Assembly: GCA_000388065.2 (NCBI GenBank)
Contig: KB932213.1
Strand: one strand, 5' to 3'
Length of the DNA stretch: 8,333 nucleotides
Source: Fonticula alba ATCC 38817
Taxonomy: Eukaryota > Protista > Nucleariida
This document shows, in pieces, positions 1 to 7,432 of this stretch (position 1 is its first letter; each line of letters begins with the position of its first letter). Under the pieces are notes generated by a model. The model was not told the DNA's origin. It did not search any database and worked only from the letters and a program-made list of their open reading frames with translations. Position numbers and translations under genes: made by a program.

Positions 1-22
1 CCCCCCCGCATCCCACCTCGCC

Positions 23-1272
23 ATGAACTCCTATCCAGCCGACCCGTACTCGCAGCCGCAGTCCTCGCAGGTGGTCCTGTATGGCGTGGTGTCGGCGGCG
101 CCGGACTCCGCGCTGGCCATGTCGGCCGCGGCGCGACACCCCCTGTCGCACCTGCTCCCGGCTGGCAGCATCCCGGACCTGGCCAGCGACCGGGAATTCG
201 CCGCCAGCCTGGCCCCGGCCGATGACGAGGCGTACGCCATTCGGTCGAAGTCCTCGGCCAGCGTCGGTCTGTCCGGGCTCTTCCTCTATCTGACGGCCAT
301 GTGTGGCCCGCCGATGCCGGTGTATGAGCATGTGGTCACTTGCACATCGGCCGTGGAGAAGGCGGTGCCCCGGCTGACGCGGCAATTCCAGCAGCCCCCG
401 GCGCCGGAGGGGTCGGGCTCAGACCCGCGGACCCGGTGGCCCGCCCTGCCGGCGGGGCCGGGCATGTATGACACGGCGGTGCTGCGCCTGCGCGCGGCCA
501 TCGCCCCGCCACAGGGGTTCTTCCAGGCCCCGGTGGGCGACAGCTCGGGGCCCGGTCGGTCGCCCGAAACCGCGGAACTCGACGAGGGGCCCCCCTTCGC
601 GGAGGATGTTCAGCCGGAGTCGCCGTTTGCCCAGGCCGGGCCGGGCCCCGGGTCGCGCCCGGCCCCGCCGTCGCCGCCGGCAGTGCACAACCCCTTCGGC
701 CTGCCACGGGAGGACATGACCCCGGCCGATGCCGCGGCCAATGAGCTGGCCTGCCTCAGGGAGGTGGCCCGGGCGGCGGCGGCCGCTCGCGGCTCGAACT
801 CCTGCACGCGGGATTACACGTATGCTTTTGGCTTTGGCCGGGCCGGGCCCGGGGGGCTGGTCTACCGGCGGCCGATGGACACCCCGGCCAGCCGGGCTCT
901 TCAGCGGCGGAACCTCATTCGGCTTTTTGCGCTGGAGCGCATGCCGCACCGGGCGGCCGCGGCCCGGGCGCTGGAGGCCCGTGCCCGGGCTCTTGGCGCC
1001 CCGGCCCCCGGGCTGTCGCTGCTCCCGCGCCAGTATGACATCTGGTATTTCGGGAATCTGGACCCGGTTCTGTCGGCGGCTCGGCGAAACAAGCTCCACC
1101 CCAGTGGCTATGACTCGGGGCTCGGGGAGCGTGCCGATGTTCGGCCCTGCTCGCGGATATCCGTCGCCGCGGGGAGTTGCGCCTGGTCCACGGTCGAAGC
1201 GCTGGGGTATATGTGCGTCTGCCAGGAAACGGGCCCGGGTTTTGTCATTCGGTCCTTCTCTTTTGCAGTGTC

Positions 1273-1321
<49 letters not shown>

Positions 1322-1969
1322 ATGTGTATGTATGTGTATGTGCATGTGTATGTGTATGTACATGCATACATGTGTACACGCGTACAATCTGTACATGCCT
1401 ACATGCGTACATGTGCGCATGTACACACACATGTGCTTATGTCTGTATTTGCATCTGTGCCTGTGCTTGCGTGCACGCTGTCTCCTCAACTGACAAACAT
1501 CCCTTCCGGTACCTTGGGGGCGAATCGGCTATACACGCATGCGCAGCCCCACCTATGAGTATGTCCGCCGCGGTGTGCGCTTCGTCAACCACTCCACCGT
1601 CATCACCATCTCCCAGACGTTCGAGGTACGTCGAAATACCCAGTCGCCCCTTTGCCCGGGGAAATACCCCCCCCCCCCCCTCTCCTGTAGTTGTGTGGAC
1701 ACGCACCCACGGAGGGGACCATGCACCTCGGCATAGCTCGAGCGCCAGCACGACATCACCTCGCAGCAGATCATCGCCCCGCCCAACGGGCTGCCCCTGC
1801 CCGGAACCGACCAGAGCTCGCCGCCGGAGCACCTGTGGCTGGTGGAGCTCGAATCGATCACCCTCAACCAGAACATGAAGCCACTGATTGCCGAGATGGA
1901 GCGCCTGGCGCAGANNNNNNNNNNNNNNNNNNNNNNNNNNNNNNNNNNNNNNNNNNNNNNNNNNNNNNN

Positions 1970-2002
<33 letters not shown>

Positions 2003-2077
2003 GCACACAATGCTGCTCACTTGTGCAGGTACGTCAACATCACCATGTCCGACAGGAACTCGATGAATCAGCGGTGA
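23..2077 (+). CDS. MED18: Mediator of RNA polymerase II transcription subunit 18 (Med18/Srb5 family), 4 exons, about 500 aa: join(23..1212,1547..1625,1737..>1914,2029..2077)
   Basis: Med18 blocks occur in the right order: QVVLYGVV; LYLTAMCGPPMPVYEH; YDIWYFGNLDP...ADVRPCSRISV...VEALGY|IPTYEYVRRGVRF...TVITISQTF, which matches S. pombe WSMYLEGNSEP..GIRPVNRAKL..VEKMGYEFSHEYIIQG as recalled; LWLVELES...MERLAQ; and YVNITMSD, similar to human LVHLEKID. Splicing GTGCGT(1213)..CAG(1546) restores a gap-free GYIPTYEY alignment. The end of exon 3 is hidden in the N gap. Confidence 0.85.
1213..1546 (+). other. MED18 intron 1 (334 nt, phase 2)
   Basis: GTGCGT donor; CTGAC at 1490-1494; first downstream AG at 1545-1546; AT+C joins to Ile in frame. 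Confidence 0.85.
1277..1314 (+). repeat. (TG)19 microsatellite inside a longer alternating purine-pyrimidine tract (1273-1436)
   Basis: Read directly from the sequence; lies in MED18 intron 1. Confidence 0.95.
1626..1736 (+). other. MED18 intron 2 (about 111 nt, phase 0)
   Basis: GAG|GTACGT donor. TAG at 1734-1736 is the first in-frame acceptor; in-frame CAGs ending at 1748, 1766 and 1769 cannot be excluded. Confidence 0.7.
1915..2028 (+). other. MED18 intron 3; its donor and roughly 4 codons of exon 3 lie in the 55-N gap at 1915-1969
   Basis: After the gap there is a (CA)n tract, GCTCAC at 2015-2020 and TGCAG ending at 2028, followed by YVNITMSDRNSMNQR*. Confidence 0.65.
1970..1994 (+). 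repeat. (CA)12+ microsatellite, truncated on the left by the assembly gap
   Basis: Read directly from the sequence; lies in MED18 intron 3. Confidence 0.95.
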
Positions 2078-2242
2078 GCGTCCTCAATATATCACAAATG
2101 CACGTGCGAGATGCGAGTCTGCGGGAGTCTATGTGTATACTTGTGTTGCCGACCAGCGGCACCGCAGTGCGTAGCAGGGGCGGAATTGAACGGGGAAAGG
2201 ATGCCGGGAGGCGAGGGGCAGAGGAGAGGCAGAGAGAGGAGT

Positions 2243-4622
2243 CTAGGGAGCATCGCCCGGCAGGCCGATCGGCACGAAGTACCGATCGACAATGGCTTCC
2301 TGCAGGGCACGACCGAGGCTGAAAGCGCCACTGGCATCGGCTCCAGACCCAAAGCGCTCCAGGTGCCGGGAGGCCACACCATGGGCCTCGTTGTAGCGCT
2401 GGCCTGGAGAGCAGTGCACAAAAGCACACACATGGACGCGAGGACGGACGTACAGTTAGTCACAGGTATGCTCCCATGGCCAATCGCCATAGGGGGCACA
2501 CTAATACGCAGAAGGCAGCAATGGGACGCACCAGTGAGGGCCTCGCAGAAGCCATGGAGACGAATCAGGAGTGCCTCCTGGGAGATGGGATGCTCCACCG
2601 GCAAAGGCGGCGCGGAGCAGCTCTCAATTTCGATGCCGACGATGAGGCCGCGCTCGCTCTTGAGCCGGAGGGACTGTGCCAGCCGGCCAGCAACAAGCAA
2701 CTGTCAGTACACGTCGGCGGGGGGGGGGGGGGGGGGGGGGATGGTGCGACAGGCGAAAGGCCACCAAGGCAGTACGGGCAGTTCGGCGGCTGTGGCTGCC
2801 AGGACACGCACCAGCTCCCAACCGCCGACATCTGCGCGGATGGCCTGCTCGAAGTTGGGGTTTTGCCCGTGGAACCAGTCCCATGACCGGAGTTCCTCAT
2901 AGTTTTTGATCACATCCGGGATGATGCGCATGGTGGCCTCCGGCATGTGGGTGAACTTCGTGTCGCACGGCCAGACACGGGAAAAGGAGGTGGCCGCGTG
3001 TGAGTGAAAGCCGGCTGGGGAGGGAAGAGCCGGGCGGAAAGGGGGCGAGGGGCGAGCGCAATGGAGAGCGATGCCCGGGGGAGAAAGGGACGAAAAAGCG
3101 ACCATGGACGCACGACAACGTCCTTCGGCTCGAAGAAGGCCCGGAGCTCCTCGACCACGGCCTTGGAAAAGTCCATCGCCTGCAGGGCGACCAACTCCCC
3201 GGGCTGGTCCTTGGCCGGGACACGCAGGTTGCGCACGGGCGAGGAGACACTCTTGACCCCGCGGCTGGTGATGTTGAGCTTTGAATGGGAACAGGAACCA
3301 GCCGCGTGGGGCGAGGTGACCGGCGGAGGGAGGAGGATGTGTGAGTGTCGCCGCGCTCACAAAGCATGAATGGAGTGGGGAGAGTGAAGAGGGTGAAGAG
3401 AAAGACAGGCCGAGAGAGGGAAACAAAAAGGCAAGGAGGGAAGACACACCTCGGCCTCGCCGGACAGGGTCCCGCGGAGCATGTTTAGATCGGCCGACAG
3501 GAGCATCGTTGCATGGTGCAGCGCCCGGTCGCGAATGATTGAATATGCCGCGCCGGAGACCTGGCACATGGTTATCGGGTTAGCACACCAAAACGCAGCG
3601 GACGCGAAGAGGGAGCACGGCAGGAAGGAGGGGGGGGGGGGGGGACCGGCGAAAGGAGGGAGCTGCGCACCTTGTCCCCGCCGACCAGGACATCCTGCCG
3701 GGCGGAGGTCGATGCGCCGTCAACCACATCCAGGCGGTTCAGCGCGCCGGCAATGATGTTGGCCGTCTCGGCCTTGTCGAAAATGGTTCGATGGCTTACC
3801 AGCGACCAGTTGGTGTTGCCAAGATCCTGCGCCCCCAGCCCAGGACCGAGCCGGAGTGGAGGGGGGGGGGGATAGCGCAAGCGGGGAAGACACGACAGCA
3901 GGGCCGGGGTGGGTCGGAACAAGTCAGAACAAGGTGGCCCGGGCACAGGCGCGACGTGACCGGCGCCCCCGGGTCCGCTCCAATCGCCCGAGCGACCGAG
4001 GGAGGCAGGGGACGAGACAAGACGCACGTGGAAAACCGACCCGCCGCCCGACCGGCGCCGGACCAGAGCAATGGGCTCCCGGCCGGGGAGGCCATTCAGG
4101 TGGGCCAGGCGCCGGGGGTTGAGCTCGGTCCAGAGGTTCTGGTTTCGTCCGACGACAATGCACGGCCGATTCTGGTAGAACATCAGCACTCGGGTCTTTG
4201 TCACGTCCAGCGAGCGGAAGAGCCTTCATGGTGGATGGCCGGATGGGGGGAAGGGCGAGAGGGGGGCCCGGATCAGCATGGGTGGCCACGCAAGCACAGA
4301 CATCGATGGACGGGCGAGCAAGAGCCCGAACTGGGGGGGGGGGACAGGGGCAAATCACGCCACGCAGAACGCACCACTCCTCGGTGGCAAGGTTGAGGAA
4401 GGGGTCGGTGGACTCCAGGTAGAAGACATTCAGTGTGTCGGGCGTGGCCTTCTCCAGGTTGTAATACTCGTCGGGCACGACATTGGGCTTGGGAGCCGCG
4501 GCTGGCGTGGTGGTGGCGGTCGCCGCCGCATCACCAGAGTAGAACGCCGCCACGCGCAGGGTGACCGCCGGGTGGCCGGCCCGGCGGAGGCCCCGGGCAA
4601 TCGACGAGAGGGCGGGCAGCAT
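2243..4622 (-). CDS. lplA: Lipoate-protein ligase A / lipoyltransferase 1 (LplA/LIPT1/Lip3 family), probably mitochondrial, 8 exons, 440 aa: complement(join(2243..2403,2532..2673,2812..2955,3114..3278,3450..3560,3671..3826,4028..4223,4375..4622))
   Basis: Family motifs in order: STDPFLNLATEEW|LF; LMFYQNRPCIVVGRNQNLWTE; RRRSGGGSVFH|DLGNTNWS; RQDVLVGGDK|VSGAAY (catalytic Lys); HHATMLL; ITSRGVKSVSSPVRNL; LRSWDWFHGQNPNF; and the C-terminal domain LKSERGLI...LTG|QRY. All seven GT-AG introns join in frame (1323 nt = 441 codons including the stop). The N-terminus MLPALSSIARGLRRAGHPAVTLRVAAFYS is Arg-rich with no acidic residues. Confidence 0.92.
2404..2531 (-). other. lplA intron 7 (128 nt, phase 1)
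   Basis: GTGCGT...GACTAAC...CCAG; G+GC completes Gly in LTGQRY. Confidence 0.88.
2674..2811 (-). other. lplA intron 6 (138 nt, phase 0)
   Basis: GTGCGT...ACTGAC...ACAG. Confidence 0.85.
2956..3113 (-). other. lplA intron 5 (158 nt, phase 0)
   Basis: GTGCGT...CGAAG, the first AG after CTCAC at 3004-3000. An in-frame GAG 18 nt further on is a weaker alternative. Confidence 0.7.
3279..3449 (-). other. lplA intron 4 (171 nt, phase 0)
   Basis: GTGTGT...CAAAG; CT-rich interior; joins GEAE|LNITSRGVKSV. Confidence 0.8.
3561..3670 (-). other. lplA intron 3 (110 nt, phase 0)
   Basis: GTGCGC...GCTAAC...CCAG; joins the motif GDK|VSG. Confidence 0.92.
3827..4027 (-). other. lplA intron 2 (201 nt, phase 0)
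   Basis: GTGCGT...GCAG; joins the motif VFH|DLGN. Confidence 0.92.
4224..4374 (-). other. lplA intron 1 (151 nt, phase 2)
   Basis: GTGCGT...TGAAG; TG+G completes the Trp in EEWLF. Confidence 0.85.
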
Positions 4623-5145
4623 CCGAGGAGCAGATACCGAGGGCGGGGAGAGACCGGCAGGCAATGAAGTGGGGGGGGGAGGTGGGGAGGGAAAGGGAGG
4701 GGAGGGGGCGCTGATCGGCAGGGGAGGCGGCCCAGCTGCTGGCCCGGGGCGCCCCTTGGATCTCGGGGCAGGAGACACACACACACACATGTGCCCGGGG
4801 CACGCCGATCCTCGAGGGGGGAGCCGGGAGCCGGAAACCGCGGGGGGGGGCAAGGAAAGGGGGGTCAGGGGTCAACCAAAGAGCCCAAGCATTCCCCCCC
4901 CGACTCGCTCTCTCTTACTAACTTTCTCCCTGCAGGGGAAGCGCGCGGGGCCCATATCCCCTCTGCCTCAGGAGCGATCATTGACTTCGCNNNNNNNNNN
5001 NNNNNNNNNNNNNNNNNNNNNNNNNNNNNNNNNNNNNNNNNNNNNNNNNNNNNNNNNNNNNNNNNNNNNNNNNNNNNNNNNNNNNNNNNNNCCCCCCCCG
5101 CACCGCCCCCCCCCCTGCTCCGCCTCCCCTCTCCCCCATCGTGGC
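4623..5145. promoter_or_regulatory. Putative divergent (head-to-head) promoter/5' leader region, interrupted by a 101-N gap at 4991-5091
   Basis: Lies between the lplA ATG (4622, -) and the first plausible ATG of the + gene (5146). It is G-rich on the left and C-rich on the right, with (AC)7 at 4775-4788. The true length is unknown because of the gap. Confidence 0.45.
4916..4935 (+). other. Branch point plus 3' splice site (TACTAAC-TTTCTCCCTG-CAG) of an intron whose donor is unassigned
   Basis: Perfect TACTAAC at 4916-4922, then a pyrimidine tract and CAG at 4933-4935. Confidence 0.7.
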
Positions 5146-5274
5146 ATGCACTCGCGCGGCCCGCTCGCCGGTGGCGCGCCGGCGCCGATTCGCACCGCCT
5201 GGTCGCCCGTAGTGATGCCTGCGGCGGCGGCAGCAGCACCAGGGGGAGAGGCTGCAGCAGCGGCGGCGGCGGCA

Positions 5275-5306
<32 letters not shown>

Positions 5307-6741
5307 AGCCATTACCGGGACCGTGGTGCCGCTGTTCCAGCTGCCGGGCGAGGACGAGCACCTGGTGGCGGTCTTCGGCTTGCTGGTATCGGGTCCCGGG
5401 CTGTGGCTGTGCGTCGGCCAGCCGCCGGCCGGCTGCCAGGGGGATGGCGCTCCCAGCGAGCCGCGGCTCGAGCCGACCACCGGTGGCCCTCTCCGGTGGA
5501 CGGTGGCCCGGGGGCGCCTGCTCCCGGGCGATCTTTCGCCGAGGCTCGTCGGCCAGGTCCCCGAGCATTGGCCGCTTCTGGGGCCGCGATCGACCATTGT
5601 CCGGCTGGCGGCCGCCAGCCTCGGGGCCCGGCACTTCCTGGCCCTGGCCACGGATGATCGGGCGGTTCTGGTGGCCGAGGTCTTCCAGGCGGAGTGTGCC
5701 TCCGGGGGCATCCATCTGGCCGGCCGGCCGCCGGCCGTGCTCGGACACACCACCGAGATCACGGCCCTATGCTTGGCGCCGGCCTCCCCGGGGGCGTTAC
5801 TGCTGGCGGTCGGCTCGGCGGCCGGCATCCAGGCCCTGGTGGTCGAGCTGGACCCCGAGGGCCGGGGGGAGCCGGGGCCGGGCTCGACCCCCGAGGACAC
5901 GGCCCCGGGGGCTGCCCTCTTGCCCGGGTGCATGGCCTGTGATGCGGGTCCCCAGCCCGGGCCGGTGACCGCCTGCGCCTCGGCGGTGACCACCTGCGCC
6001 TCGGCGGTGGCCCCCCTGCCGGCGAGCCTGCGAGACTCGCTCTTCATGGCGCAATGGTGTACAAACGTCCTGATTTGGCAGCTGGCTCCGTCGGCCGGGG
6101 GGGACTTCCTGGCGGCGGCCAGCTGCGACGGCCTGCTTGGGGTTTGGGCCACCGGGGATGTGCTCCGGTGGGCTCGGCATGTTGGTGCGGTGGCCCGGCC
6201 GCGGGGAGCGGCACGGGCCCTGGCCCAGGCGCGCTGCCCGGCGGTGGTGGCCCGGCGTCTGTGCGAGCTCGCCCGGCCCCGGGCCACTCTTCCCCGGTCG
6301 CTGTCGGTGGGCCCGGCCATGCAGGCGGAGTGTGCCTTCGCCGATGCGCTCCTCGGGCGGCTGCACTCTGATGGCGTGCGCGCCGGGGGTTCCGGCCGCC
6401 TTGCTCGCCCGGCTTCGCTCGAGGAGGGCCACCTGGCCGAGGCGCTGTCGCGCCTGACGGCCGACCTGCTGCTCGCCGGCCGGGATGCCCTTGGGGAGGA
6501 GGCGTTGCGGCGCTGGCGCTCGCCGGCCAGCTGGCTGGACTCGCAGTCGGTCGGCACGCCGGGCTGGTCCCCGCGTACGCCAGCAGCCGGCCCGGGTGCC
6601 GGCGGCCGTCTGGACTCCCCGGCAACTGGCAGCCGGTCCGGGCCCGGGACCGGGCGCTGGTCGGCCGGCCGGCCGGGCACCTCCCCCCGACCGGCGTGGG
6701 GCCAGGACGTCGGCCCTGCAGCGTCTATGGGCGGGCCAGTC

Positions 6742-6772
<31 letters not shown>

Positions 6773-7395
6773 CCCCAAATCGACCCCCCCGGTCGGCATC
6801 TCAGAAGAAGGGCCGGTCGTTGGTCACCTCGCGGCGGGACCCCGCTGCGCCGGCGACCCCGGCCAGTCCGTCCCTTGGTCGGGGCGCCCAGGAGGCAATG
6901 GCCCTCGGTGGCTCGCCGGCGGCGGTGGCGCGGGCGGCGGAGGAAATGCCCGCCGCAGCACCCGGCAGCCCTCCCGCGGCAGGCCCAGCCGAGCTGCCTG
7001 TAAGCCCGCCGCCGGGTGGGCCCCCTGGCGGTCGGTCGGCCGGGTCGTCCTCGCCGCCGGCCAGTTGGGCCAGCGCGGCGCGAGCACGCCCGCGGCCTGG
7101 CGGAAGTGCGCCCAGCTCGCCCGGTCCCTTGGTCGCCTCGGCCATGGTGCCCGGGCTCTTCGGGTCGCCGCGCACGCCGTCTCAGCCCTGGGCGGCTCGG
7201 TCGCGACCGCCGTCGCCCTCGCCGGGGCGCCTGGAGGACCAGCTACCGGCGGCGCTGCACGAGGACCCGGGCCCTGGCGCAGGGGCGCCGGACCCGATGC
7301 TGGACTGGCCAGCCCTGGGGTCGCCGTGCGCGCGGGCGGGCGCCCCGGCCTCCCTGTCGACCGGGCTGGCACCGCCCCTTCAGACACCGCCACCA

Positions 7396-7432
<37 letters not shown>

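Noticed and set aside
820-904. Possible intron GTATGC..TTCAG within the MED18 insertion
   Set aside because: 85 nt breaks the frame, there is no branch motif, and the frame is open without it.
1213-1558. Poly-Cys/Val C-terminus of the 511-aa ORF 23..1558, and the poly-His/Thr antisense ORFs (419..1489, 1108..1371)
   Set aside because: These are translations of the intronic TG microsatellite. Splicing 1213-1546 restores the Med18 alignment.
4786-4793. E-box-like palindromes (CACATGTG at 4786 and 1428; CACGTG at 1992 and 2101)
   Set aside because: Three of the four arise where CA repeats turn into TG, so they are expected by-products. There is no independent evidence of bHLH binding sites.
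4623-4853. 77-codon in-frame extension upstream of the lplA ATG (ORF 3924..4853)
   Set aside because: It starts at a non-ATG codon, is Pro-rich because of the C-rich leader, and would mask a good mitochondrial presequence at Met 4622.
4561-5145. N-terminal 195 codons of the 1241-aa ORF 4561..8286
   Set aside because: It starts at a GTG antisense to lplA exon 1, crosses a gap of unknown true length so frame continuity is meaningless, and includes an obvious intron 3' end.
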